Below, piece after piece: positions 36,175 to 46,583 of a stretch of DNA of 64,000 bases. The notes under the pieces were generated by a model. The model was not told the origin of the DNA, did not search any database, and saw only the letters and a program-made list of their open reading frames with translations. The DNA is from an uncultured candidate division WWE3 bacterium (lineage in GTDB: Bacteria; Patescibacteriota; WWE3; UBA101185; UBA10185): NCBI GenBank assembly GCA_963765125.1, contig CAVXUZ010000004.1, positions 128,792 through 192,791 of the forward strand. The letters run 5' to 3'. The position numbers and the translations under genes are program-made. Position 1 is the stretch's first letter. Each line of letters opens with the position of its first letter.

Positions 36175-37977
36175 ATGCAACAACAGCACATCAGAAATTT
36201 TTGTATCATCGCCCATATTGATCACGGTAAATCTACGCTAGCAGATAGATTATTGGAAATAACACATACGATGGAGAAACGAAAGATGAAAGAGCAAACG
36301 CTAGACTCGATGGAGCTGGAACAGGAAAAAGGAATTACAATCAAACTTAAGGCTGTTAGGCTAGATTACCATTACGAAAACACTGACTATCAGTTAAACC
36401 TTATTGATACTCCAGGGCACGTAGATTTTTCTTATGAGGTCTCTCGTTCACTCGCTGCGTGTGAGGGTGCAATACTTGTGGTAGACGCCAGCCAAGGAAT
36501 ACAGGCACAAACTGTTTCGAATGTTTACAAGGCGTTGGAGGCAAATCTAACAATTGTCCCCGTAATAAATAAAATAGATCTTCCCGGCGCCGACATTGCT
36601 GCTGTAAAAAAAGATATGGTAGATACGTTTGGATTTAAGGAAGATGAGATTCTGAGTGTTTCTGCAAAAACTGGTTCTGGCGTTAACGAGCTTCTTGCCG
36701 ACGTAATAAGAAGAATACCACCTCCCTCAGGAAAAATCTCAGACGCCGTACGTGCTTTAGTTTTTGATACATTCTACGATGAGTTTTTGGGCGTTGTAGC
36801 AGTTATTAAAATGGTCGATGGAAAATTTACTGCTGACGACTTTAAAACCGGCACAAAAATAAAGTTCTTGGCCACAAAAGCTGTTTCTAAACCTGAGGGT
36901 ATAGGCATATTTAAACCTGAAAGAAGAAGTATTAAAACGCTAGATTCAGGGGAGGTTGGCTTTATTGCTACTGGGCTGAAAGAGATTAAACTTGTTAAAG
37001 TAGGAGACACAATTACGTTTGAATCCCAGCGTCCGCACCCGCTACCTGGTTACAAAGAGGTCAAACCTTTTGTTTTCGTTTCGATTTTTCCAACAGAGAA
37101 TGACAAATTTTCAAACCTAAGAATTGCTCTCGAAAAACTCTCGCTATCAGATGCTTCGTTGAGCTTTGAACCTGAAACGAGCTTAGCCTTAGGATTTGGA
37201 TTTAGATGCGGTTTTCTTGGATTGCTACACGCTGATATTATTCAAGAAAGGCTTGAAAGAGAATACGCTCTCGACCTCATTGCTACTACACCAACTGTAG
37301 AGTATCGCGTTGATCTTTCAAATGGCACAACAGATTGGGTTAAATCTGCGGCCGACTTTCCTGATGTAACAAGAATTAATGAGATTCACGAACCGTGGAT
37401 AGATATGATTATTGTTTCTCCTGCAATATACGTCGGAGGAATAATTTCTCTTTGTGAGAATCGAAGAGGAATAATGAAAAAAATGGAGTACCCAACAGAG
37501 AACAGGGTTGTTTTCGAATACGAGCTTCCTTTGTCCGAACTTGTTTACAATTTTTATGACGAGTTAAAAACAGTTTCTTCTGGGTTTGCCAGTTTAGATT
37601 ATGAATTTTCTGACTACAAAAGTGTAAAGGCTGTAAAAATGGACGTTTTAATTCACGGCGAGGTTGTTGCACCTCTTTCACACATTGTGCTCAAAGAAAA
37701 AGCAGAACTTATTGGACGCAACTTACTCAAAAAACTAAAAGAAGTAATTCCAAGACAGCAGTTTAAAGTTTCTTTACAGGCTGCTTTGGGTGGAAAAATA
37801 ATTGCGCGAGAAGATATTCCTGCGTTAAGAAAAAATGTTCTTGCAAAAATGTCGGGCGGCCACAGAGAAAGAAAAGATAAGTTGCTTGAAATACAAAAGA
37901 AGGGTAAAGAACGCCTAAAAAGAATAGGCAAAGTTGATATTCCACAAGAAGCCTTTAGACAGGTTTTAAAAAGCTAA
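36175..37977 (+). CDS. lepA: Elongation factor 4
   Basis: IRNFCIIAHIDHGKSTLADR, GFRCGFLGLLH. Confidence 0.97.
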   Translation: MQQQHIRNFCIIAHIDHGKSTLADRLLEITHTMEKRKMKEQTLDSMELEQEKGITIKLKAVRLDYHYENTDYQLNLIDTPGHVDFSYEVSRSLAACEGAILVVDASQGIQAQTVSNVYKALEANLTIVPVINKIDLPGADIAAVKKDMVDTFGFKEDEILSVSAKTGSGVNELLADVIRRIPPPSGKISDAVRALVFDTFYDEFLGVVAVIKMVDGKFTADDFKTGTKIKFLATKAVSKPEGIGIFKPERRSIKTLDSGEVGFIATGLKEIKLVKVGDTITFESQRPHPLPGYKEVKPFVFVSIFPTENDKFSNLRIALEKLSLSDASLSFEPETSLALGFGFRCGFLGLLHADIIQERLEREYALDLIATTPTVEYRVDLSNGTTDWVKSAADFPDVTRINEIHEPWIDMIIVSPAIYVGGIISLCENRRGIMKKMEYPTENRVVFEYELPLSELVYNFYDELKTVSSGFASLDYEFSDYKSVKAVKMDVLIHGEVVAPLSHIVLKEKAELIGRNLLKKLKEVIPRQQFKVSLQAALGGKIIAREDIPALRKNVLAKMSGGHRERKDKLLEIQKKGKERLKRIGKVDIPQEAFRQVLKS

Positions 37978-38010
37978 ATTATCGTTTTTCAAAAATGCTA
38001 TTATCTTGAT

Positions 38011-38658
38011 ATGTACATAATAATGCTCGGTGCGCCCGGTGCCGGTAAAGGAACCCAAGCGGAGCTTTTAAAAAACAAGTTAGGTGTTCCACAAATTTCT
38101 ACGGGAGAGTTATTTAGACACGAAATGGAAATCGGCTCGGATCTCGGCAACAGCGTCAGAGAAACAATGGATGGTGGCAAGCTGGTTAGCGACGACACTA
38201 CATTAGAAATATTTGAAAAAAGAATTTTAAAAGAGGATTGTTCTCGAGGAGCAATTATCGACGGTGTTCCTAGAACTATCAAGCAAGCAGAACTTCTCGG
38301 CGGGTTGTTTCAAAAACTCGGAAAGAGTTTAGAGACTGTTTTGTACATCTCTCTTCCAGAAAATGAAATTATCACTAGGTTATCAGGTAGGTGGACATGT
38401 AAAAAGTGTGGACATGTTTACCACGAGCAGCTAAACCCGCCCAAAATAGCGCACATTTGTGATATAGACGGTTGCGAATTATACCAACGAGACGACCAAA
38501 AACCAGAAGCAATACTTGAAAGAATAGAGGTTTATAAAACGAGTACCTACCCCCTCGTGGAATATTACAAATCGTTATTATTGTTAAAAGAAATTGACGG
38601 TAACCAAGAAATTGAAAAAGTTCACCAACAAATACTGCGAGCACTAAATTTAAAATAG
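38011..38658 (+). CDS. adk: Adenylate kinase (Zn-lid type)
   Basis: GAPGAGKGTQ; CKKC...CDID lid. Confidence 0.95.
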   Translation: MYIIMLGAPGAGKGTQAELLKNKLGVPQISTGELFRHEMEIGSDLGNSVRETMDGGKLVSDDTTLEIFEKRILKEDCSRGAIIDGVPRTIKQAELLGGLFQKLGKSLETVLYISLPENEIITRLSGRWTCKKCGHVYHEQLNPPKIAHICDIDGCELYQRDDQKPEAILERIEVYKTSTYPLVEYYKSLLLLKEIDGNQEIEKVHQQILRALNLK

Positions 38659-38697
38659 GCCTACAGCCCTGTTTGACAACATCCTCTCGAAGAACCC

Positions 38698-38733
38698 TTG
38701 ACAATTTTATCACTCCCTCTATAATACTGCTAA
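38698..38733 (+). promoter_or_regulatory. Promoter TTGACA-N16-TATAAT overlapped by a degenerate CIRCE
   Basis: TTATCACTC-N9-TACTGCTAA (38707-38733) versus consensus TTAGCACTC-N9-GAGTGCTAA, directly before hrcA. Confidence 0.85.
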
Positions 38734-38734
38734 G

Positions 38735-39457
38735 ATGATATCAGAAAGACAAGTTAGGCTTCTTAACGCAATCATAAACGAATACATAAAAACAGCTGAG
38801 CCGGTTGGTTCGGTTGATATTGTTGAAAAATATAACTTGAGATACTCCCCCGCAACTGCAAGAAATGAAATGGCAAAGCTACTTGAACTGGGTTTTTTAG
38901 AAATGCTTCACACATCTTCTGGAAGAGTACCAACACCTATGGCGTACAGGTTGTTTTTGGACCAAATTATGGAAGAAGAGGAAATGCCGGTTTTACAAGA
39001 GGTTTCAATGAAACAAAGGCTTTGGCCGTATAGATTTGAGTTTGATAAGTTGATGAGAAACTCAATAGTTGCCCTAGCTGAAAATGCAGGCGAGCTCGCA
39101 ATTGGAACAACTAATGACGGGCAAGTTGTATATTCAGGAGCAGTTAACATTTTGGACCACAAAGAGTTTTGGAATATTGACGTTGCAAGGACTGCATTGA
39201 GCATATTAGATAGATACGAACTATTAGAAGAGATATTTAAAAAATCGCCTTATGGTGAGGGGGTAAGAACAGTTATTGGAACTGAAATAGGTATAGAAAA
39301 TCTCGAGTCTTGCGCTATTGCCTTCACACCTTTTGTTGTAGGCAATAAGAGTGGGCACATCGCGATTTTCGGCCCCTCGAGAATGAAGTATGAAAATGTA
39401 ATTCCCGCCATTAAATATACAAAAGCTCTCATCGAAGAGCTTGGCGAATCTTGGTAA
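38735..39457 (+). CDS. hrcA: Heat-inducible repressor HrcA (short form)
   Basis: EPVGS, SPATARNEM, HTSSGRVPT, GPSRMKY. Confidence 0.93.
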   Translation: MISERQVRLLNAIINEYIKTAEPVGSVDIVEKYNLRYSPATARNEMAKLLELGFLEMLHTSSGRVPTPMAYRLFLDQIMEEEEMPVLQEVSMKQRLWPYRFEFDKLMRNSIVALAENAGELAIGTTNDGQVVYSGAVNILDHKEFWNIDVARTALSILDRYELLEEIFKKSPYGEGVRTVIGTEIGIENLESCAIAFTPFVVGNKSGHIAIFGPSRMKYENVIPAIKYTKALIEELGESW

Positions 39458-39467
39458 TTTCAAAAAT

Positions 39468-39923
39468 ATGGATAAAAAAGATCATAAAAATAAAAAAGTG
39501 GATACAAATGTGTTTGATGAAAAAATCAAAGAATTCGAAAATAACTGGAAACGAGCTTTAGCAGACTACAAAAATCTTGAAAAAAGAAGTCGAGATGAAA
39601 AGGAGGCTTTAGTTGAATTTTCTAACATTGTTCTTATAGAAAGACTCCTTCCTGTGCTCGACAACTTTGAAATGATTGAACGCCACTCAAACGATATGGG
39701 TGTAAAAATGTCTATTAAAGAATTTAAACAAATATTAGAGTCGACCGGACTAAAAGAGGTCGAATTAGGTATTAACCAAAACTTTGATCACACATCAATG
39801 GACGCGATAGAAACAGTTGCTGGAGAAAAAAATAAGATTATGGAAATTATAAGAAAAGGGTACTTTTTCAAAAATAAATTAATAAGACCCGCCAGTGTAA
39901 AAGTTGGAAACGGCAATAAGTAA
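39468..39923 (+). CDS. grpE: Nucleotide exchange factor GrpE
   Basis: RALADYKN, LLPVLDN, KGY...IRPASVKV. Confidence 0.93.
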   Translation: MDKKDHKNKKVDTNVFDEKIKEFENNWKRALADYKNLEKRSRDEKEALVEFSNIVLIERLLPVLDNFEMIERHSNDMGVKMSIKEFKQILESTGLKEVELGINQNFDHTSMDAIETVAGEKNKIMEIIRKGYFFKNKLIRPASVKVGNGNK

Positions 39924-39947
39924 CGCCGTTCTAAAAAGGAGATCAAA

Positions 39948-41831
39948 ATGAGTAAAATTATCGGAATAGATTTAGGCACCACTAACAGCGCGATGGCTGT
40001 TATGGAAAGTGGCCAATCAAAAATAATCGTAAATGTAGAAGGTGGAAATACCACACCCTCAGTCATCGCACCAAAGGCAAATCTTGTTGGTGTATCTGCA
40101 AAAAGACAACAAGTAGTAAATCCACGAGGAACAGTTTTTAGTGTTAAAAGATTGATGGGTATGAAATTCAACGCACCCGAAATTCAAGCATTAAAAAAGG
40201 ATTACCCATACGAAATTGTAGAAGGTAAGAACGGAATGGCGGCGGTCAAAATTGAGGATAAGGTTTATACCCCACAAGAAATATCTGCAATGATTTTGTC
40301 AAAAATTAAAGCAGATGCTGAAACATTTTTGGGAGAAAAAATTACCGAGGCAGTAATTACTGTCCCAGCGTATTTTAAGCAAGATCAAAGAACAGCGACA
40401 CAAGAAGCCGGTCAAATTGCCGGTCTGGATGTAAAAAGAATAATTAACGAACCTACCGCAGCCGCGCTTGCATACGGACTAGATAAAAAAACAAATGAAA
40501 AAATTGCAGTTTACGATTTGGGTGGTGGTACTTTTGACGTTTCTATTTTAGAGATTGGTGATGGTGTGTTTGAGGTTAAAGCAACCAATGGCGACACGCA
40601 TCTAGGGGGGGACGACTTCGATAGAGCAATCATTAATTGGATTTTAGAAAGCTTTAAAAAAGAGCAGGGCATCGACCTCAAAGAAGACAGACAGGCAATG
40701 CAGAGGCTCAAAGACGCCGCCGAAAAAGCAAAAATCGAACTCTCTTCAGCAATGGAAACCGAAATAAACATAGCTTTTATTACAGCAGACGCAACAGGCC
40801 CCAAACACCTTAATATGAACCTGACCAGATCAAAACTTGAACAACTGGTTGACGATCTTATACAAAGAACCATCAAACCAATGCAAAATGCTTTAAACGA
40901 TGCTGGTTTAAAAAAAGAAGATATCAACGAGGTTATTATGGTTGGTGGAATGACAAGAATGCCAAAAGTTAACCAAGTAGTTAAAGAGTTTTTTGGTAAA
41001 GATCCACACAAAGGAATTAATCCAGACGAAGTGGTCGCGTTGGGCGCAGCAATTCAAGGTGGTGTTTTAGGTGGCGATGTAAAAGACGTGTTGTTACTAG
41101 ATGTAACTCCTCTAACCCTAGGTATTGAAACATTAGGCGGTGTTAGTACCCCATTAATTAAACGTAACACAACAATACCAACCTCAGCCTCACAAGTATT
41201 TAGTACCGCTGCAGATAACCAAACCTCTGTGGAAATAAATGTTCTACAGGGCGAAAGAGAAATGGCTGGCGATAATAAAAGTCTGGGTAGATTTATTTTG
41301 GACGGGATACCAACAGCCCCAAGAGGAGTTCCTCAAGTTGAGGTAACTTTCGACATCGATGCAAACGGCGTCATTAACGTAAGAGCAAAAGATAAAGCTA
41401 CCAACAAAGAACAGAAAATTACAATTCAGGGCGGTTCTGGCTTAACAGACGCAGAAATAGAAAAAATGGTTAAAGACGCAGAAGCCCACACCGAGGAAGA
41501 CAAAAAAAAGAAAGAGCAAATTGAGGCACGAAATACAGCCGACAGCTTAATCTATACCGCAGAAAAGTCTCTTAGGGACGGCGGAGATAAAATTCCTGAG
41601 GACGTAAAAAAAGAGGTTGAGGAAAAAGTCAAAGCGTTAAAAGACATACTGCAGACCGCTGAGGCTACAACGCTTCAGGAACAAACCAAATCTCTTTCTG
41701 ACAGCTTGATGAAAATCGGTCAGCATATGTACGATTCGAACAAGCAAGACGGACAACCCGAACAAAAGGACGATAAAGACAAAAATAGCAAGGGTGAAGA
41801 GCCTGTTGAGGGCGAGGTCGTAAAAGAATAA
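39948..41831 (+). CDS. dnaK: Chaperone DnaK
   Basis: [21 protein letters not shown]; AAGGAG SD. Confidence 0.98.
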   Translation: MSKIIGIDLGTTNSAMAVMESGQSKIIVNVEGGNTTPSVIAPKANLVGVSAKRQQVVNPRGTVFSVKRLMGMKFNAPEIQALKKDYPYEIVEGKNGMAAVKIEDKVYTPQEISAMILSKIKADAETFLGEKITEAVITVPAYFKQDQRTATQEAGQIAGLDVKRIINEPTAAALAYGLDKKTNEKIAVYDLGGGTFDVSILEIGDGVFEVKATNGDTHLGGDDFDRAIINWILESFKKEQGIDLKEDRQAMQRLKDAAEKAKIELSSAMETEINIAFITADATGPKHLNMNLTRSKLEQLVDDLIQRTIKPMQNALNDAGLKKEDINEVIMVGGMTRMPKVNQVVKEFFGKDPHKGINPDEVVALGAAIQGGVLGGDVKDVLLLDVTPLTLGIETLGGVSTPLIKRNTTIPTSASQVFSTAADNQTSVEINVLQGEREMAGDNKSLGRFILDGIPTAPRGVPQVEVTFDIDANGVINVRAKDKATNKEQKITIQGGSGLTDAEIEKMVKDAEAHTEEDKKKKEQIEARNTADSLIYTAEKSLRDGGDKIPEDVKKEVEEKVKALKDILQTAEATTLQEQTKSLSDSLMKIGQHMYDSNKQDGQPEQKDDKDKNSKGEEPVEGEVVKE

Positions 41832-41887
41832 TACCTTCAACGCTTGTTACATAGGAGTTTATTCTATATACTTTGATTACTGCCTAT

Positions 41888-42133
41888 ATGGAATTACAAA
41901 TTGTTTTTATCTTTATATTAGCCGTCATTACAGTAACACTTGTTGTTGTTGGTGTTTATGTCGTATTAGTTCTGAAAGAACTCCGAGAAACAATCCAAAA
42001 GGCAAATCAAATACTAGGTGCTGTTGAAAATGTCACTAATATTGTGGCTAATCCCTTGAGCATTATTACAGGGCTCTTCAAGGGTTATAAAGCGATTAAA
42101 AATTTAAAAAATAATGAGGAGGATGACGAATAA
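41888..42133 (+). CDS. DUF948/YtxG-like membrane protein
   Basis: TM plus coiled coil, upstream of a YtxH-like gene. Confidence 0.6.
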   Translation: MELQIVFIFILAVITVTLVVVGVYVVLVLKELRETIQKANQILGAVENVTNIVANPLSIITGLFKGYKAIKNLKNNEEDDE

Positions 42134-42480
42134 TGGGTAAAAATTCATTTATGAAAGGTGCGCTTTTTGGTGCAGCCATCGGTGCAATAGTTGCGCTTCT
42201 TAACGCGCCAACTTCGGGCAAAGAAACCAAGAAAAAAATTAAAGAAAAATCAAAAAGCTATTGGGAACAAGGTAAAGAAAAGCTTCTTGACGCTACTGAA
42301 GAAGGTCTCGAAAAGGCCGATGAGGTAAGGGATGCGGTAGAAGAAAAGGTGGTTGAGGTAGGAGACAAACTCCACGATAAAGTGGAAGAATTTTTAGATG
42401 CTGCTTCAGACACAGTCAAAGATAGTCGCAAAAAAACGACAAAGAATACAAACAGACGAAAATTCGACGGGGTAAAATAG
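42133..42480 (+). CDS. YtxH-domain protein
   Basis: GALFGAAIGAIVALLNAPTSGKET. Confidence 0.85.
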   Translation: MGKNSFMKGALFGAAIGAIVALLNAPTSGKETKKKIKEKSKSYWEQGKEKLLDATEEGLEKADEVRDAVEEKVVEVGDKLHDKVEEFLDAASDTVKDSRKKTTKNTNRRKFDGVK

Positions 42481-42538
42481 TCAGCGCTAAAATCAAATCA
42501 TTTATAGCCATTAATTTATGGTGATAGAATAAGTTGTA

Positions 42539-42922
42539 ATGAATAATCTGCCTAATGACAACAATCAAACAAGCCAACTTGGGCAATCGAGTCTGGATCC
42601 TCGTTTTGTAGGCGGACCCGAGAGTGCACCAGAGATTACGCCACTTGCAGAGGAGGCAGCACCATCTGAAGAGCTTTTTTCGCTTGAAAACCTGAAAACT
42701 CCAGAAATACCAAAACAACAAGAAACCAAAGCACCAGTGGCTAATATAAACACGCCCTCTGCAAACGAACCTGTGTCCGATACCCAAGCAATAGTTGATA
42801 AAACCGAGAAAATAACACACCTACACCATATAGCTGGCACTAACGATAAACTTACTGAAGAGGCTGACGAAGAAGAGGAACATTTTATAGAGGAGGTTGA
42901 AAAACACCATGGTGACCTATAA
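42539..42922 (+). CDS. Hypothetical acidic protein
   Basis: 127-aa ORF with TGATAGAAT upstream. Confidence 0.65.
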   Translation: MNNLPNDNNQTSQLGQSSLDPRFVGGPESAPEITPLAEEAAPSEELFSLENLKTPEIPKQQETKAPVANINTPSANEPVSDTQAIVDKTEKITHLHHIAGTNDKLTEEADEEEEHFIEEVEKHHGDL

Positions 42923-42953
42923 TAGTGTGGCGTCAAATCTGCAAACAAACCTA

Positions 42954-45341
42954 ATGCCGTTATTTTTTATTATTTTTGCACTTGTGTTGCTGTGGATAAT
43001 CATAACTTTCAAAAGAAAAAGCAATGAGAAAGCAACCGAGTACAACCTTACTTTTCTTGAAGTTAAGCTTCCTAGCGATAATGAGATTGAGATCAGCGCT
43101 GCTGAACATTTATTTACAAATCTAATTGGTCTTAAAAAATCTTTTTGGGCATCTCTTATGTCTGGCCCGTACAGAATTTCTTTTGAAATTGTGTCAAAAA
43201 AAGAGGGGGTTGGGTTTTATGTTGTCGTTCCAGACGATTTGGCAAGCTACGTTGAACAACAAATAAATGGCGTATACCCTGGTGCTGAAATTGATATAGT
43301 AAATCCTGCTGAAATATGGGACAGAGGAAAGTTTACAAAAGTGGCTGAATTAAATTTTAAAGGCCCTGCATATTCACCAATAAAAATATATGAAGAAATT
43401 AAAACCGACCCATTAAGCTTAATTACATCTAGCATGAGCAAACTTTCAGAGAATGAGGTTCTTGCAATTCAATATGTAATATCGCCGGCAAGCGATGGTT
43501 GGAGAACGTCAGGTAGATCCTTTGTAAATAGCGTAAAAAATAAAATGGCCGACACAGAACGCCATTACAACGTTGATCAAAATTATCTTGAGGGTATAGA
43601 AAAAAAACTAGCTTACCCTGGCTTTAACACGGCAATTAGAATAGTTTCGATATCTGAAAATCAACAAACAGCGCAGCTACACATTAACAATATGATTTCT
43701 GGGTTTGAGCAATTTACAGATGTTGTTCACAATAAATTTGTAGTTAAAACATCGCTGCTGGGTAACTTTTTTCAAAAACATTTGATAAACAATTTTATAT
43801 ATCGCAAACTTCATCCAAAAGAGTTAACAATACCAATTTTAGGAATTAATTTTTACAGAAATGTTCCTGTTTTAAATGTCGTTGAGATGGCAACGATTTT
43901 TCATTTTCCAAATAAAAATATTCAAACTCCAAATATTATGTGGCTCAGCGCAAGAAGGTCTTCGGCCCCTACAAATCTTCCACTGCCTCAGGAGGGTATT
44001 TGGATTGGTGAAAGTTCATTCCGCGGAGTTAAAACACAAGTACACGTTAAAGAAAAAGATCGTACGAGACATTTTTACATTGTGGGACAAACTGGTACCG
44101 GTAAGTCGGAATTATTGAAGTTTATGGCACTTCAAGATATAAAAAACGGTGAGGGTGTTGCCTTAATTGATCCTCATGGAACTGACGTACAAGATTTGCT
44201 AACAAAAATTCCTCAAAACAGAATCGACGACGTCATATATTTTAACGTTTCCGACCTAGACATGCCTCTTGGACTAAATCTTTTAGAATGGGAAACAGAA
44301 GATCAAAAACACATCATTATTAATTCATTTATTGCGCTTTTGTATAAACTGTACGACCCGAATCATCAGGGAATTATGGGGCCACAGCTTGAGCGTGCAA
44401 TAAGAAATGTGATGCTCACAGCAATGGAAGACAAAGAAAGCACGATGGTGGATGTTTTGAGACTTTTGATTGATCCGAAATACGCGCAAAGATATATAGA
44501 TAAAATAAGCGACCCGTTAGTAAAAAGGTTTTGGGTTGATGAAATGGCAAAGACTTCGGATTTTCACAAGTCCGAAAAGATGGGGTACTTTGTTTCAAAA
44601 TTCGATAAGTTTGTCACAGATAAGCTTATGAGAAACATCGTTGGCCAACCAAAATCTGCGTTTAATTTTTCTCAAGCAATGGCGGAAAAAAAGATTTTGT
44701 TAGTTGATCTTGCAAAAGGAAAAATCGGTGAAGAAAACTCAAACTTTTTGGGATTAGTACTTGTTCCAAAACTACTATCCGCGGCTCTATCAAGGCACAC
44801 ACTAATTGAGAAGGGTATAGATTTTCCAAACTTTTATTTATACGTTGACGAGTTTCAAAATTTTGCAACACCGGACTTTGAAACTATCCTTTCTGAAGCA
44901 AGAAAATATAAATTGAACCTCATTGTTGCTCACCAATTTATTTCTCAACTCTCTGAAGAGATAAAAGACGCGGTGTTTGGAAACGTCGGTTCTATGTGCG
45001 CGTTTAGAACAGGCGTGGACGACGCAGAGTTTTTAGCAGAGTATTTTGAACCTACATTTTCGCAAAAAGACATCAGCAACTTAGCAGTAGGAAACGCGTA
45101 TGTAAGACTCCTTGTTGATGGACACCCAACGGCACCTTTTTCTATAAGTCTTCCTTGGAATGTGATTAGCACAAATGTGGAAAAAAGTCAGCAAACGGCA
45201 GATAAAATTCGTGAATCCTCACGACAAAAATACGGTGTGCCTGTAAACGAAGTTGAAACACACATTAATATGAGGATGGGCTTTAATGACCAAGCAGCTC
45301 AAAATCTTGAGGACCTGCCTTTGAAAAAGTTGCCGTTTTAA
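42954..45341 (+). CDS. VirD4/TraD/HerA-like membrane-anchored ATPase
   Basis: GQTGTGKS, IDPHG, YVDEFQNF, LSEARKY. Start uncertain (42909 or 42954). Confidence 0.85.
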   Translation: MPLFFIIFALVLLWIIITFKRKSNEKATEYNLTFLEVKLPSDNEIEISAAEHLFTNLIGLKKSFWASLMSGPYRISFEIVSKKEGVGFYVVVPDDLASYVEQQINGVYPGAEIDIVNPAEIWDRGKFTKVAELNFKGPAYSPIKIYEEIKTDPLSLITSSMSKLSENEVLAIQYVISPASDGWRTSGRSFVNSVKNKMADTERHYNVDQNYLEGIEKKLAYPGFNTAIRIVSISENQQTAQLHINNMISGFEQFTDVVHNKFVVKTSLLGNFFQKHLINNFIYRKLHPKELTIPILGINFYRNVPVLNVVEMATIFHFPNKNIQTPNIMWLSARRSSAPTNLPLPQEGIWIGESSFRGVKTQVHVKEKDRTRHFYIVGQTGTGKSELLKFMALQDIKNGEGVALIDPHGTDVQDLLTKIPQNRIDDVIYFNVSDLDMPLGLNLLEWETEDQKHIIINSFIALLYKLYDPNHQGIMGPQLERAIRNVMLTAMEDKESTMVDVLRLLIDPKYAQRYIDKISDPLVKRFWVDEMAKTSDFHKSEKMGYFVSKFDKFVTDKLMRNIVGQPKSAFNFSQAMAEKKILLVDLAKGKIGEENSNFLGLVLVPKLLSAALSRHTLIEKGIDFPNFYLYVDEFQNFATPDFETILSEARKYKLNLIVAHQFISQLSEEIKDAVFGNVGSMCAFRTGVDDAEFLAEYFEPTFSQKDISNLAVGNAYVRLLVDGHPTAPFSISLPWNVISTNVEKSQQTADKIRESSRQKYGVPVNEVETHINMRMGFNDQAAQNLEDLPLKKLPF

Positions 45342-45386
45342 GACTTTTAAAGCTTTGAGTAAAAGAATTATTGTATAATCAAATTG

Positions 45387-46583
45387 ATGTTTAAACTGCC
45401 GTTTCTCAACAAGTCATTAAAAAAAGGTGCAAAATATCTAACGCTCGAATTGGGTTACGACTCGTTACGGGTGCTGTCTTTCTACAAAGAAGATGGAGCT
45501 ACCAAAATAATAGGGAGCGCAAAAGAGCCTGTTGAGCCGGGGTGTATTAGAAACGGCATCATAGTAGACATAAATGAAGTAATAGCTGCACTCGAAAAAG
45601 CAGTTACAAAAGCAACACTAAACATTGAGGATGATGTTGAAAATATTATCATTGGTGTCTCTAGCGATGTGTGTATCGAAAACGTTACAACCGCAAAAAT
45701 TACAAGAACTTCTACAAACCCGATTACTCAAAAAGAAATAGACGAGTTTGAGCAAAAACTTTTAGCGTCAGCGTATATTCAGGTGCAAAATAAGTTTGCA
45801 GAAAATACAGGAAACACCGAGGAAGATTTTCAACTAATAACCTCATCGCTGGTGCACGCAAAAATTGACGATAAAAAAATTACAACACTAAATAACCAAA
45901 AAGGCCAAATCGTTGAAATGGCAATGTACACTGCCTATTGCCCGGAATATTTTATTAAATCATTACAAAAAATGTGTAAATCCGTTGGTTTAAACATCTT
46001 AGCGATTGCGTCCGTTAATTTTGGTTTATTAAAAGGTTTGAAATCTACAGAAATGGAAAACACTGATCTTGTTACAATCAACATCGGTCCAGATTTTACA
46101 AACGTTGCGGTTGTCTTTGGTGGTGCAATTGTTGCCAGTAAAAGCCTGCATGTTGGTAAGAGACATTTAATTGAAGAGGTCGCAAGAAAAATGGGTTTGA
46201 CTGGTGAAGAGGCCGCAAACGTTGTAAACACGCATACTAGAGGCGAACTTGCGTCCAGCGAAAGCGTGGTTGTGCAAGACTGTATGGAAGAAGTTCTCAA
46301 TCTGTGGCTTGAGGGTGTGGAATTGGTATTTTCTGATTTTTCGGGTGTAAAGACATTTGCCCCGCATATCTACTTATTTGGAGTGGGTATAGAGATACCA
46401 GAGATTGAAGAAAAACTAAACAACAGTCCTTGGACAAAATCTATTCCATTCAAGGCGCCTCCTACATTACAATTATTACACTTTAGTGATTTACCAAAAA
46501 TCGCTGATGCAACTGGGGATATAAAAACAGATGAGTGGATTGGACCTGCCTCTCTTTCTTATATTTTTGAGGAGCTTATATGA
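45387..46583 (+). CDS. FtsA/PilM-like actin-fold protein with degenerate ATP motifs
   Basis: G.I.D, NIG...T.VAV, FAPHIYLFG. Confidence 0.7.
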   Translation: MFKLPFLNKSLKKGAKYLTLELGYDSLRVLSFYKEDGATKIIGSAKEPVEPGCIRNGIIVDINEVIAALEKAVTKATLNIEDDVENIIIGVSSDVCIENVTTAKITRTSTNPITQKEIDEFEQKLLASAYIQVQNKFAENTGNTEEDFQLITSSLVHAKIDDKKITTLNNQKGQIVEMAMYTAYCPEYFIKSLQKMCKSVGLNILAIASVNFGLLKGLKSTEMENTDLVTINIGPDFTNVAVVFGGAIVASKSLHVGKRHLIEEVARKMGLTGEEAANVVNTHTRGELASSESVVVQDCMEEVLNLWLEGVELVFSDFSGVKTFAPHIYLFGVGIEIPEIEEKLNNSPWTKSIPFKAPPTLQLLHFSDLPKIADATGDIKTDEWIGPASLSYIFEELI